A stretch of DNA of 64,000 bases from Lewinellaceae bacterium (GTDB lineage: Bacteria > Bacteroidota > Bacteroidia > Chitinophagales > Saprospiraceae). How positions within the stretch are numbered: position 1 is the first letter of the stretch; every line of letters begins with the position of its first letter. Below are positions 1 to 9,909 of this stretch, one piece after another. The position numbers and the translations under genes are program-made. The notes beneath the pieces are model-generated. The model saw only the letters and a program-made list of their open reading frames with translations. It did no database searches and had not been told where the DNA came from. The stretch lies in contig JADJRC010000015.1 of assembly GCA_016712415.1 (NCBI GenBank), positions 43,670-107,669 of the forward strand, given 5' to 3'.

Positions 1-447
1 GCGCTCGTTGAACGTCTGAAATGCCAGGCCCAACAGTATTTCGAAATTTTCCTCAACGGGTATCCGCGTGCCTATTTCATGCCGGGCGCCGAAGCCGTGG
101 TATTTGAACGGAACCAGCCCCGAGGCTTCGTTTCCCGGTATCGTGTCGACCTGGTACTTGCCCCAGTACCCGAAAAAGCCGCCACTGTAATAGAAGTGTT
201 TGCGCATGAACGAAACATGGGCCGCAAATTCGGAGGAATTGTTTTTCTCGTTATCGTAGTAAATCACGCCCCTGCCTGTTCTTCCGGATATGGATACGGC
301 ATTGGCTTTCGCGCCCTTGTAAACGGGCTTCGCCATATAGGCGTTGTTGCTTCCCAGGTAAGCGGGGCCGTATTTGGGGGCGCAACTTTGCATCAAGAGG
401 GCAACCAGCAGCATCGCTGCAGACAATCGCAAAAAAATCGTTTTCAT
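1..447 (-). CDS. hypothetical lipoprotein-like protein; the 3' end lies outside the window
   Basis: An ATG at 447 (minus strand) opens a stop-free frame that runs to base 1 (149 codons). It is missing from the supplied track because there is no stop codon in the window. The N-terminus MKTIFLRLSAAMLLVALLMQSC looks like a signal peptide with a lipobox-type Cys. The + ORF 79..459 is its antisense shadow. Confidence 0.5.
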   Translation of the reverse strand, partial: MKTIFLRLSAAMLLVALLMQSCAPKYGPAYLGSNNAYMAKPVYKGAKANAVSISGRTGRGVIYYDNEKNNSSEFAAHVSFMRKHFYYSGGFFGYWGKYQVDTIPGNEASGLVPFKYHGFGARHEIGTRIPVEENFEILLGLAFQTFNER

Positions 448-488
448 AATTCAGACTGATTTGACGTGAAAAAGATCGGGAAAAGGAC

Positions 489-1637
489 TCATTTGCCGTT
501 CACCAGGATCACTTTTTGGGTGTAGACACCGCTTTTTGTGGCGAGCTGAAGCACCCACACACCCGGTTGGCGGCCGCTCAGGTCGACGCGGAGCAGGCCG
601 TCGCCGCTACGCGTATAAGGAACATCTGCCGATAAGCGGCCATCGATGCTGAACAATCGGCAGGCGGATATGTCATCCGACGAACCGGCAGGCAACTGCA
701 CATTAATGGGCCCGCTGGCCGGGTTCGGGTAAACTTTCAGAGACTGCTGTTCCTCGCCGGGTGTGTTTGTCGCAGTTACAATGCATGAACCGGGTACAAA
801 GTACACCGGATCGTAAATAACATGGCAGGCACTGCCGATATATTTCACGGAATAAAAGCCCTCCAGGGTGGGGTTGAAGGCCTGGTTGATTGCCCCGGGA
901 ATTTCATTGAGGTTGGCATCCAGCCAGCGGTTGGAACCGGAATAACTGGACACCAGTATGTCGTTCGTGCAGCTGATCTCCGGTTTGTCCGGCAAGGTAT
1001 CGGAGATGAAAAACGTCTGTGTCCAGGTAGCGGAGGTCACCAGCTTGGTTTTTACCACGAGGGTAAGCTGGTAGGCGGCGTTGGAAAAAGTGCCGCCCGT
1101 GGAATTGGCAGGCACGGCAACCGAGCCGAGGAAGTCGTTGGCGCCGCACCAGATACCGTCGGCGTCCCAGGCTTTAATGGGAAATGAAGCCTGGGTAAGC
1201 ATGCCGTCGATTGCGAAGGTGGAAGAAAGTGGTGCATCCTCTATTTCGTATGACCGGGCAACATATCCGGCGAGATCCGTGAAAACGAGGTACAAATCAG
1301 GCTTGTAGTCGCTACAGAAGAGTCCGTTGTCGTTCCACGAATCGGGATGATACTGGGTAACCTGGATAGCTTCGACGACCCGGAAAGGCGTTGCCGCGCT
1401 GACGGTAAGGCTGATGGTTTTGTTGCCGGTTGTGGCATACGCGATCGCGGGTGGCTGGTAGATGTTCGCCGTTTCGCCGTTGCCGAAGTCCCAGAGATAG
1501 CTGTCGAAGATGTTGGGTGCGAGCACATTTACCTGTACCTCCGTACACGTGGGCTGAGGTACAAGGAACAGCGGTTGTGCAATGGCGCAATGGCAGAGCA
1601 ACAGGGCAGGTATGAGATTGATCCATTTCGATTTCAT
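489..1637 (-). CDS. secreted PKD-domain protein with a T9SS C-terminal sorting domain
   Basis: Internal start MKSKWINLIPALLLCHCAIAQ (signal peptide) lies at codon 66 of ORF 489..1832. It has a PKD-like motif LWDFGNGE. The C-terminus KVYPNPASGPINVQL...VYTQKVILVNGK is typical of a T9SS type A CTD. Confidence 0.75.
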   Translation of the reverse strand: MKSKWINLIPALLLCHCAIAQPLFLVPQPTCTEVQVNVLAPNIFDSYLWDFGNGETANIYQPPAIAYATTGNKTISLTVSAATPFRVVEAIQVTQYHPDSWNDNGLFCSDYKPDLYLVFTDLAGYVARSYEIEDAPLSSTFAIDGMLTQASFPIKAWDADGIWCGANDFLGSVAVPANSTGGTFSNAAYQLTLVVKTKLVTSATWTQTFFISDTLPDKPEISCTNDILVSSYSGSNRWLDANLNEIPGAINQAFNPTLEGFYSVKYIGSACHVIYDPVYFVPGSCIVTATNTPGEEQQSLKVYPNPASGPINVQLPAGSSDDISACRLFSIDGRLSADVPYTRSGDGLLRVDLSGRQPGVWVLQLATKSGVYTQKVILVNGK

Positions 1638-1915
1638 GATAAATTGGTTTGACGTGAAAAAACTGGTATTGACAGGGCAAAGGTGTGCTTGTCGGGTGCG
1701 CGCAGAAAACCCCGAAACCGGTGAGATGTTAAAATTCACGGGTTTGCGGAAAGCAGGGAAAGCGGGCGGGGTCGGTATCCCGGAAAACAGGGAGAACCGT
1801 GATTTTTCAAAACTCACGGGTACGGAAGACAAGCTGTTTACGGCGAGCGCCGATTTTTGTATTATCGGCGTATTAAAATCTGGCCGGTGGTTTTAATCTT
1901 TAATCAGCAAAATCG

Positions 1916-3868
1916 ATGCAAAGAGCAAAACTGTTTGTCGCCATCGCCATCGGCATTTCGCTGGTGGCGGCACTGACGACATGGATTTCTTCCAAATTTC
2001 GGATCAGCGAGCGGTTGCCGGGAGAAGTTCCGGGGATAATAGAATATTATGCAGACACGACGCCGGGCCATGCGCTCGGTATCGCCGAGGTGAGTGCATT
2101 GCCGGACTCTTTATTTGCCGTAAAAGACCCCTGTTGCAGTTTCGGCAGGCCGGATGGTGTCGTATGGCTGCGCTTTCCCTTTGTCAATCGCGACACTTTC
2201 CATGAAAAATACCTGGTGGAAGTTGTCAACCCCTCCATTCCGAAAATAGAGTTTTTTCAACTGGATGCGAACCAAAGGGTGCTTCGCGCTTTTAAGACCG
2301 GTACCAGCACCGGCGCCGAACAATTCCGGTTCCGGGAGCGCCCGGATACCCACTGCCGCAATTTCCGCTTTCCAATGGAGATTGCCCGCGACAGTCTGGC
2401 CTGGGCCTATTTCCGCATTACTTCCAAAACGCCGCTCTGTTTCCGGATCATGTTTTTTGATAAAGAATACCGCCTGGGCCATCACCAGTGGGTAGTCGAC
2501 ATACTGATGACCATTTTTTATGTCTTCAGCGTTCTTTTTCTCATCCTTACCGCCATTCTCATCGTCGCGTCGCGGGAGCCGTTCCACTGGTACTATTTCC
2601 TGTACGTTTTGTCGACGGCGCTGTTCATACCGGCGCACCTCGGGCTTGGCTTCGCATACGTGTGGAAAGACTGGCCCGAATTGCAGCACATTATCCCGAT
2701 GGCTCTTAATAACCTCCGGCTGATCTTCGGCATACAGTTTTTTCGCCTGTATTTCGACCTGCCCCGTACGGAACCGCGCTTCAACCGTTTTATAGGCATT
2801 AGCATCAGGATATTTCTGGCCACGTTTTTATTGCAGTTGATCCCGCATCCCGACATAATCTGGGTGTACTATCCTTTTTTTATTTTCCTGATGTTGTTCA
2901 GTCTCCTGATGATCGGTTGGCTGTTTTACGAACTGGCCTTCAAGTGGCGCAGGAAACTGTCGTGGCTGTTGCTCGTGATCGCGCTTAATTTTATCGGTCT
3001 CGCCTCCACTTCGCTGCAATACCTGGGCTACGGATCTGCGTTTTTTGATATAGCCGACTGGCTGATGTACCAGTTTGGGATAGCGGATACGTTTTTCCTG
3101 TCTCCCATGGTGATCGGGGCCTTTTTCTTTGAACAAATGCTGGTGTTTAATTTTGCGGTACGGCGCTACCTGCATTTGATTGAAAAAAACCAGAACGCCC
3201 AACTGCGTGTTGCCCGTGCCCGGGAGGAGGGTCTGAATGCGCTCATCATCGGCGTGGAAAACGAACGCCTCCGCATTGCCCGCGACCTGCATGACGGCGC
3301 CTGCGTAAACCTGGCGGCGATCAACATGAAAGTAGACGCGATTCGCGAGGAACTCGGTGGTCACCCTCTCCAGGCCGATAAACTGGCCGGCATTGCCAAC
3401 GACATTGAACAAACGTATCGGGAAGTGCGCGGTATTTCCCACGACCTCATGTCGAAGGCACTGGAAAAAACCGAGCTTCAATTGGCAATCGAAGACCTTA
3501 CCGTACGCATTAAACAGGCCCAACCGGGGCTAAAAGTGCATTTTTATGCCAATTATCCGCTCAATGAAGTCGGCAAACTGTCAAAAATTCACCTGTACAG
3601 GATTGTACAGGAGTTGTTGGGAAACGTGCTGAAACATGCGGGCGCCGGATCGCTCCACCTGCAATTGCTCAAGGACGAAGGCCAGCTGCTGCTTACCGTA
3701 GAAGACGATGGAAAAGGGTTCGATCCTGCAGCAAATGGTTCGGACGGCATTGGGCTGGCCAATATTCGCACCCGCGTGGAAGTGTTGCGCGGCAAAATGC
3801 ACCTGGATTCAGCGCCGGGGAAAGGAACCTTCGTGAGTATTGAAATCCCGAAAGCAGGGCTGGCCTGA
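1916..3868 (+). CDS. sensor histidine kinase: 7TM-DISM-type membrane sensor, HisKA_3 dimerisation domain and HATPase
   Basis: 650-aa ORF. It has an N-terminal signal/extracytoplasmic region followed by about 7 hydrophobic helices. H-box RIARDLHDGACVNL (NarX/LiaS type), N-box ELLGNVLKHA, G-boxes DDGKGF and GIGLANIRTR. Confidence 0.85.
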   Translation: MQRAKLFVAIAIGISLVAALTTWISSKFRISERLPGEVPGIIEYYADTTPGHALGIAEVSALPDSLFAVKDPCCSFGRPDGVVWLRFPFVNRDTFHEKYLVEVVNPSIPKIEFFQLDANQRVLRAFKTGTSTGAEQFRFRERPDTHCRNFRFPMEIARDSLAWAYFRITSKTPLCFRIMFFDKEYRLGHHQWVVDILMTIFYVFSVLFLILTAILIVASREPFHWYYFLYVLSTALFIPAHLGLGFAYVWKDWPELQHIIPMALNNLRLIFGIQFFRLYFDLPRTEPRFNRFIGISIRIFLATFLLQLIPHPDIIWVYYPFFIFLMLFSLLMIGWLFYELAFKWRRKLSWLLLVIALNFIGLASTSLQYLGYGSAFFDIADWLMYQFGIADTFFLSPMVIGAFFFEQMLVFNFAVRRYLHLIEKNQNAQLRVARAREEGLNALIIGVENERLRIARDLHDGACVNLAAINMKVDAIREELGGHPLQADKLAGIANDIEQTYREVRGISHDLMSKALEKTELQLAIEDLTVRIKQAQPGLKVHFYANYPLNEVGKLSKIHLYRIVQELLGNVLKHAGAGSLHLQLLKDEGQLLLTVEDDGKGFDPAANGSDGIGLANIRTRVEVLRGKMHLDSAPGKGTFVSIEIPKAGLA

Positions 3869-3874
3869 TGCGCG

Positions 3875-4522
3875 TCATTCTTCCCAAAGTCCGTTCTTTT
3901 TCAACCATTCGGCCACTTCAAAGCGGCTGGAAGCGCCCGTTTTGGAGCGCAGGTTTTTGATGTGGCTTTCCACTGTATCCTCGCTGATAAACAAACTTGA
4001 TGCGATTTCCCGTATGGTCTTGCCCTTGGCGTAAGGCAGCGCCACTTCCCCTTCGCGGGGGGTGAGCGAAGAACCGGATGATTTGGCGGGAAGCAGGGCG
4101 CGGATTACTTCGCCCAGGGAGGATTGGTCGAGGAAGTATTCTCCATCTGCCACGGCGCGGATGCCGCGCAGTAATTCCGCTTTGTTGACCTCTTTGGATG
4201 CGTAGCCGCGCGCGCCTTTCTGCAGCGTCTCCCGGATAAAAGTGATTTCGCAGCTGACGCTGAGCATCAGGATGCCCAGGTCGGGAAATTCTTCCGTCAG
4301 CAACCGGCATATTTCGCCGCCGTCGAGCGACGATCCTTTAAAGGTGTAATCGAGCAGTAAAACGTCGGGTTTTTGCTTCCGCACATTTTCAAGTGCTTCC
4401 TCGCCGCTTCGGGCGCACCAGATGACCTCCACTGCGCCGTCCGTATTGCTGAACAGAGCACTCAGGCTCTCCAGAATGAGTTCCTGGTCGTCGGCAAGGG
4501 CGATATGAAGTGGTTTGGACAT
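3875..4522 (-). CDS. NarL/FixJ (LuxR-type HTH) response regulator
   Basis: 215 aa. REC domain (IALADDQ...VLLLDY...) plus a C-terminal LuxR HTH (LTPREGEVALPYAKGKTIREIASSLFISEDTVESHIKNL). It is convergent with the HisKA_3 kinase and abuts it. Confidence 0.9.
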   Translation of the reverse strand: MSKPLHIALADDQELILESLSALFSNTDGAVEVIWCARSGEEALENVRKQKPDVLLLDYTFKGSSLDGGEICRLLTEEFPDLGILMLSVSCEITFIRETLQKGARGYASKEVNKAELLRGIRAVADGEYFLDQSSLGEVIRALLPAKSSGSSLTPREGEVALPYAKGKTIREIASSLFISEDTVESHIKNLRSKTGASSRFEVAEWLKKNGLWEE

Positions 4523-4597
4523 GGTGCGTGTGTGGTTGAATCTGCCAACTCAGCAAAGGTTTTCTGCTAAAATCTGCAAGAGCCCTTGATGCAAACC

Positions 4598-7500
4598 TTA
4601 ACCTTCATCTTCATCCGATTCGCAGTCGTAGTGTTTTTTGGGCCTGCCGGGTCGTTCCTTTCCTTCGTTGCCTTTGGGCGATTCGAGTATTTTCTGAATA
4701 ATCCTGGCCCGTTCCTTTCGCACCCACTCCTGCATTTTGGCGTCTTCTTCGCGGTCAAAATAGCGGACGCCGTCGACCCAGGTTTTTTCAGCCTTTGCGT
4801 ATATCGAAAGCGGGTTATCATTCCACAGCACCAGATCGGCGTCTTTTCCCTCCTTGATGCTGCCGACGCGGTCGTCGACACGCAGCAGTTTGGCCGGATT
4901 GATGGTGACCATTCTCCAGGCGTCCTGCTCTTTCATGCCCCCGTACAGCACGCTTTTAGCTGCTTCCTGGTTGAGGCGGCGGGCCATTTCTGCATCGTCG
5001 GAATTGATGGCCACTGTAACGCCCTGATCGGCCATCATCTTGGCATTATAGGGTATTGCCTCGTACACTTCGTACTTATAGGCCCACCAGTCGCTGAACG
5101 TACTGCCGCCCACGCCGTGTTTGGCCATCTTATCGGCAACTTTATAGCCTTCAAGAATATGGGTAAATGTATTGATTCGGAATTTGAAACGTTCGGCCAC
5201 GCGCATCATCATGGTGATCTCCGACTGCACATAGGAATGGCACGTGATGAAGCGTTTCGATTCGATAATTTCGAGCAGCGCTTCCAGTTCAAGGTCTTTC
5301 CGGTAGGGTTTGCCCGATTTTTTGAGCTGGCCGTACTCCTGTGCGCGGGTGAAATAATCCACGTAGGTTTGTTCGACGCCCATTCGGGTTTGCGGGTATC
5401 GGTTGGTGCCGGTCCAGTTGCTTTGTTTGACGTTTTCCCCCAAAGCGAATTTGATATACCCCGGCCAGTTTCGGAATTTGAGGTCTTCGGGAGCTGCTCC
5501 CCAGCGGAGTTTGATCAGTTGCGTCTGGCCGCCGATGGGATTGGCCGAGCCGTGCAGGATATGACTTGTTGTGACGCCTCCCGCGAGTTGGCGGTAGATA
5601 TCATTGTCTTCGGAGTCGATCACATCGGCGATGCGCACTTCTGCGCTGCTTTCCTGGGTGCCCTCGTTGATACCGCGCGATGCGGCGATATGGGAGTGTT
5701 CGTCGATGATACCGGCCGTCAGGTATTTCCCGGTACAATCAACGATAGTTGCATTGTCTTGCACCAGCAACCGTCGGCCGATCTTTTTAATTTTTCCTCC
5801 GGAAACCAGTACATCGGCATTTTCCAAAACGCCCTCTTTTTCTCCTGTCCAAACAGTGGCATTCCGAATCAATACTGCTTCTGCCGCGGGTTTTTCCTTA
5901 TTGCCAAAAGCGATGAACGGGAAAATAACATCCCCGACCTCCGGGGCGACAACAGGGTTCTGTTTTGTCGGTTTGTCGGGACCGGCCGGTTTGACAAACA
6001 CAGCGCGCCAGTTGATCCAGGAGCCGTCGGGCATGGTTCCCAGGCCCGACCATTCGCGGCTGCCGGCAGTTCCGGAAAGGGCAACCGTCCCTTTGTTCAG
6101 GGTATCGGGCTGGAAAGAAAGCGTTATCATGCCATTTGCGGTGGCGACGAGCGTTGCTTTTACTTTGGAACTATCCGGTTTGATGATCTGGACGTCGAGC
6201 ATTTCCGCCTTGCGCCGGATGCTCATGCCGAACGATTCCCGGCCGACTTCCAGACTGTAATCGCCGAGGCGATCCGGGGAAGCGTCAAAGTAGCCGGGGC
6301 TGTTCACTTCCAGGGGTTTGCCCTGAACCCAGTTTTCGTAAATCTTTGTCTCCTTTTGAAAAAGATCGCCTGATGTGATGATGAAGTTGGCGATTTTTCC
6401 GGGTTCGAGACTGCCGATGCCCGGCATTCCCGACGGCGCATACATGCCGATGAAGTTGGCGGGGTTGTAAGTAAGCGCCTGCAGGGCGGTTTGTTCCGAC
6501 AGGCCGTACTCGATGGCTTTCCGGAGATATTCCCAGAATTTTTTACGGTCTTTCAAGCCTTCGGCAGTGAGGGCGAACGGAATGCCCGCCGCTTCGAGCC
6601 GGCCGGGATTGGAAGGCGCCAGTTCCCAGTGTTTCAAGTCCTTAAGAGAGACGTCGAGTGCCTCAAACGGATCTTTAACTTCGTAGTTTTCCGGGAATGC
6701 CAGCGGCACGATGAGCGATTGACCGCCGGCCTTTACCTCTTCGATGCGCTGGTATTCGTCGCCGTTGGTTTTTACCAGGTATTTGACGTTGAATTCACGG
6801 CCAATCGCGGCGATGCGGAGGATATCGAGTTTGTCGGATGCCTCAAAAATCTGGGGCAGACCCTGAATATTGTTCCAGGCATCAAGGGACAGGTTTTTTT
6901 CCATTTTATACCCCTCCTGCCGGTACCATTGCCCGTCGAGATAGGTCTGCCGGATAAGCGCGATACAACCCATCAGCGAAGAAGGATAGCTTTGGGTGCT
7001 GGTGCCTTTTCTGAAAGAGAGGTGGTGGCTGGCAGTGGTCGATAGAATGACCTCCTGCTCCGGGTCGCTGCCGAGTGATACGAAAGTTCCGGCGCCTCGG
7101 GAAATGCCGTCGGTCTGGTGGGTGAGCACGGCGCCGAAGCCGAGTTTGCGCAGTTCTTCTGCCGCTTTTGCATCTACCGAAAAATTCTCGGCAGCACTAA
7201 ATTCGGGTTTAAGGGCTTCGTTCCAGGCAAAGGCGCCTTTTGTGCCCGATGTGCTGGTTTGCTGTCCGCGCCCTACTGGTCCCTGGCGGGCCGGTTGGGC
7301 CGGCAGGCCATAGCCCGTCGCGTATAGATCAATAAACGCCGGGTAAATATTTTTTCCGCTGCAATCGATTACCACAGCATCGCCGGGCAGGGTTACTTTC
7401 AGTCCGCAAACCTCCACTTTGCCGTCGCGGATGAGCAGGGTAGCCCCCTCGATGCGCGTTTTGTAGTCGGTATATATGGTGGCGTTGGTAAAGGCGAAAA

Positions 7501-7612
7501 TGCCAGGTCGTTGGTCGGAAGGGGCAGATTGTGGAAATGATATTTGCGCGACAACCGAAAGTTGATTGGCGAGTAGCGCCGTAAGCAGCAATAACCGGAT
7601 CGTTATTTTCAT
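4598..7612 (-). CDS. large secreted amidohydrolase-family protein (two amidohydrolase-like halves)
   Basis: 1004-aa ORF. Signal peptide MKITIRLLLLTALLANQLSVVAQ. Metal-binding HxH motif IIDEHSHIAASRG. The C-terminal half resembles metal-dependent hydrolases. The opposite-strand ORFs 4586..6373 and 5604..6260 are shadows. Confidence 0.85.
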   Translation of the reverse strand: MKITIRLLLLTALLANQLSVVAQISFPQSAPSDQRPGIFAFTNATIYTDYKTRIEGATLLIRDGKVEVCGLKVTLPGDAVVIDCSGKNIYPAFIDLYATGYGLPAQPARQGPVGRGQQTSTSGTKGAFAWNEALKPEFSAAENFSVDAKAAEELRKLGFGAVLTHQTDGISRGAGTFVSLGSDPEQEVILSTTASHHLSFRKGTSTQSYPSSLMGCIALIRQTYLDGQWYRQEGYKMEKNLSLDAWNNIQGLPQIFEASDKLDILRIAAIGREFNVKYLVKTNGDEYQRIEEVKAGGQSLIVPLAFPENYEVKDPFEALDVSLKDLKHWELAPSNPGRLEAAGIPFALTAEGLKDRKKFWEYLRKAIEYGLSEQTALQALTYNPANFIGMYAPSGMPGIGSLEPGKIANFIITSGDLFQKETKIYENWVQGKPLEVNSPGYFDASPDRLGDYSLEVGRESFGMSIRRKAEMLDVQIIKPDSSKVKATLVATANGMITLSFQPDTLNKGTVALSGTAGSREWSGLGTMPDGSWINWRAVFVKPAGPDKPTKQNPVVAPEVGDVIFPFIAFGNKEKPAAEAVLIRNATVWTGEKEGVLENADVLVSGGKIKKIGRRLLVQDNATIVDCTGKYLTAGIIDEHSHIAASRGINEGTQESSAEVRIADVIDSEDNDIYRQLAGGVTTSHILHGSANPIGGQTQLIKLRWGAAPEDLKFRNWPGYIKFALGENVKQSNWTGTNRYPQTRMGVEQTYVDYFTRAQEYGQLKKSGKPYRKDLELEALLEIIESKRFITCHSYVQSEITMMMRVAERFKFRINTFTHILEGYKVADKMAKHGVGGSTFSDWWAYKYEVYEAIPYNAKMMADQGVTVAINSDDAEMARRLNQEAAKSVLYGGMKEQDAWRMVTINPAKLLRVDDRVGSIKEGKDADLVLWNDNPLSIYAKAEKTWVDGVRYFDREEDAKMQEWVRKERARIIQKILESPKGNEGKERPGRPKKHYDCESDEDEG

Positions 7613-7720
7613 GGAAGGAGGAATTTAACGGGGTGAAAATAGGGAACTGCCGTAGATTTTGTGCAATAAGTGCACGGGGATATCGCGGCAGGCTGCTTGC
7701 AACCCGGAGGTTCTTCCTGT

Positions 7721-7906
7721 TTATTCGCCTTTCGGTGGCGTCTGCGTTTTGTTTTCCTTGGGCGAGCGCCCGGTATTTTTCAGCGCCTGGTGTATGATCC
7801 ATTCCAACTGGCCGTTTACGCTGCGAAATTCGTCGGCAGCCCACTTTTCAAGCGCTGAGTAGGTTGCATCGTCAATACGCAGGACGAATGATTTTTTTGC
7901 TGCCAT
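7721..7906 (-). CDS. small Arc/ribbon-helix-helix-like DNA-binding protein
   Basis: 61 aa. MAAKKSFVLRIDDATYSALEKWAADEFRSVNGQLEWII fits an RHH (beta strand followed by two helices), with a basic tail. It lies directly upstream of the amidohydrolase gene on the same strand. Confidence 0.5.
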   Translation of the reverse strand: MAAKKSFVLRIDDATYSALEKWAADEFRSVNGQLEWIIHQALKNTGRSPKENKTQTPPKGE

Positions 7907-7932
7907 TTTAGTATAGTTATTCCTGTACGCCG

Positions 7933-7965
7933 AAACCTATGAGGTCTGCCAGACCTCATAGGTTT
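7933..7965. terminator. perfect 15-bp inverted repeat (AAACCTATGAGGTCT-GCC-AGACCTCATAGGTTT), a terminator-like or REP-like hairpin
   Basis: Read directly from the sequence. It lies 22 bp downstream of the SPFH gene stop. No clear U-tract follows on the minus strand. It is related to the palindrome at 56099-56127. Confidence 0.4.
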
Positions 7966-7986
7966 TAAATGTTTAAAAACAGGTGA

Positions 7987-8841
7987 TTATTGGTGGAGGG
8001 TGCCGGTATTGACCACCGGCGATACATTTCGATCACCGCAAAGCACGACGAGCAGGTTGCTCACCATAGCGGCTTTCTTCTCCTCATCGAGGTGGATGAT
8101 CTGCTTGCTCGACAACTGTTCGAGCGCCATTTCCACCATACCTACGGCGCCTTCCACGATCTTGCTGCGGGCCGCAACGATTGCAGTTGCCTGCTGGCGC
8201 TGGAGCATGGCACTGGCGATTTCGGTTGCATAAGCCAGGTTGCTGATTCGCGCTTCGATCACCTCTATCCCGGCGATGGCCAGGCGTTCGCTGATCTCCT
8301 GTGCCAGTTGGTGGTTGACCTCTTCCAGGCCCGAACGCAGGGTTACGGTGGCATCTTCATCTTCCAGATTGTCGTAACTGTACATGCCGGCCAACTTACG
8401 CACGGCGGCTTCGCTTTGCGTTTTGATAAAGTCCGGATAATGTTCCACCGCGAAGGCCGCTTTAAAGGTGTCCTTAACCCGGTAAACCACCACCGATCCG
8501 ATCATGATTGGATTGCCCTGCTTGTCATTGACCTTGATCATCGGCACGTCGAGTGTAACAGCGCGCAGCGATACCCTTTTTTTCGTAAAGAAAGGGTTCG
8601 CGTAGAAAAAACCGCTTTCCTTAATAGTGCCTACGTATTCACCGAACAAAGTCATCACGCGGCTACTGTTGGGTTCAATAGCCATGAATCCGGGTGCTAT
8701 GAAAGCAATATCTGCCATGAGTATCAATACGCCGGCGATAATGGATGCTTTAGTGATCAGCAAAGCAATGCCTGCAAGGAACAGCAATGCAAAAAGCAAT
8801 AGCATCGCCCAGCCGGATGTTGGTTTAGTTGTCTTTTCCAT
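7987..8841 (-). CDS. SPFH/band-7 domain membrane protein
   Basis: Start taken at MEKTTKPTSGWAMLLLFALLFLAGIALLI (TM anchor), codon 24 of ORF 7987..8910. The body resembles the prohibitin/stomatin fold (PMIKVNDKQGNPIMIGSVVVYRV...). Confidence 0.8.
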   Translation of the reverse strand: MEKTTKPTSGWAMLLLFALLFLAGIALLITKASIIAGVLILMADIAFIAPGFMAIEPNSSRVMTLFGEYVGTIKESGFFYANPFFTKKRVSLRAVTLDVPMIKVNDKQGNPIMIGSVVVYRVKDTFKAAFAVEHYPDFIKTQSEAAVRKLAGMYSYDNLEDEDATVTLRSGLEEVNHQLAQEISERLAIAGIEVIEARISNLAYATEIASAMLQRQQATAIVAARSKIVEGAVGMVEMALEQLSSKQIIHLDEEKKAAMVSNLLVVLCGDRNVSPVVNTGTLHQ

Positions 8842-8991
8842 GATTTGATTTGATTTTGATATGATACTATTTTGATAGCAAATGTAACCACATTTACCCT
8901 TATGTGTCAAGAGGTGGCCCGGGAAAAGACGAGGAATCTTTATCCGGCGACGACGGAATGCAGGAAAAAAGCGACAAAATCCGGCCGGGAA

Positions 8992-9888
8992 TCAAATATG
9001 CCGTTCAAAACCGGCAAACCACTTTTTCAGCACCGTTTTCTCCGACAGATATTCGAATACGACATAGGAAAAAACGGCAACGGCGGCGCCTGCGATCACA
9101 TCAATCACATAATGGTGCCGCGAATACACCGCTGAAAACCAGATGCCTAATACAAATAGGGTGAACAGGCCGGTCAGCCACGGCTTTTTCAGGCGCAGTC
9201 CGTACAGGAGGCACAATACCGGGTAGGCCGAGTGCAGCGAAGGGATGGCTGCGAATACGTTGGCGTTTTTGCTGTACATGCCTTCAAACAGGCGGATGCC
9301 GAGCAGCCGGTCAAAGTTGATCAGCCCGGCGGCATTGCCCGGTGTACCGTGTATCACCTCAAAACCGTAGACCTCCACATACCAGGGCGGGGCGGCGGGG
9401 TAGAGGTAGTAAATGCAAAAGCCCACGAGATTGGTAAAAACAAACGCGTACGAAAACTTCAGGAAGAGTATTTTATCGTTGCGCAGCAACCAAAAAGCAA
9501 AAAGGAGCGGCACCGGTACCCAGTTCAGGTAAAACAGTCCGCTCGCAATATCACAGAACGGCGTGTGGTTGATCTTGAAGTACTCGTTCAGGGTGAGCAC
9601 CCCTTCCGGCAAGTGGAGGCCAAACCACGCTTTTTCGAGGTAATACGGCTCTGCTACATGAATGGGGTTTACTTCGTAATTGGGCAACACGCGCATCGAA
9701 TCGTATATGATCCAGTAGGCGATAAACACGCCGAAAGCCAGCACAAAACGCCGGGTGGTTTGGTGGGTATAGTACAACGCCAGCGCAAACACATACAAAT
9801 AAACGTGCTCGCTTCGCAATCCTACAAAAAAGTAAAACCAGGAAAAATATGCTGCTGTGCCGGCGAGAAGCGTCAGAAACTGTTTCAT
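8992..9888 (-). CDS. PAP2-superfamily membrane protein, AUR1/inositol-phosphorylceramide-synthase-like
   Basis: 298 aa, polytopic. PAP2 C2/C3-type motifs PSLHSAYP and SRHHYVIDVIAGA. Last gene of the lipid cluster. Confidence 0.7.
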   Translation of the reverse strand: MKQFLTLLAGTAAYFSWFYFFVGLRSEHVYLYVFALALYYTHQTTRRFVLAFGVFIAYWIIYDSMRVLPNYEVNPIHVAEPYYLEKAWFGLHLPEGVLTLNEYFKINHTPFCDIASGLFYLNWVPVPLLFAFWLLRNDKILFLKFSYAFVFTNLVGFCIYYLYPAAPPWYVEVYGFEVIHGTPGNAAGLINFDRLLGIRLFEGMYSKNANVFAAIPSLHSAYPVLCLLYGLRLKKPWLTGLFTLFVLGIWFSAVYSRHHYVIDVIAGAAVAVFSYVVFEYLSEKTVLKKWFAGFERHI

Positions 9889-9909
9889 GGAAATGTTTCG
9901 ATGCTTTCC

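Noticed and set aside
4586-6373. Long + strand ORF (595 aa) and several others of 200-430 aa (for example 9232..10446, 12369..13658, 15326..16369, 23539..24810, 42645..43685, 46728..47627, 49113..50078, 50985..51854, 54179..54964).
   Set aside because: Each lies antisense to a gene with clear family motifs. Their translations are low-complexity or Arg/His/Gly/Val-rich with no recognisable motifs. They are typical shadow ORFs of GC-rich coding DNA.
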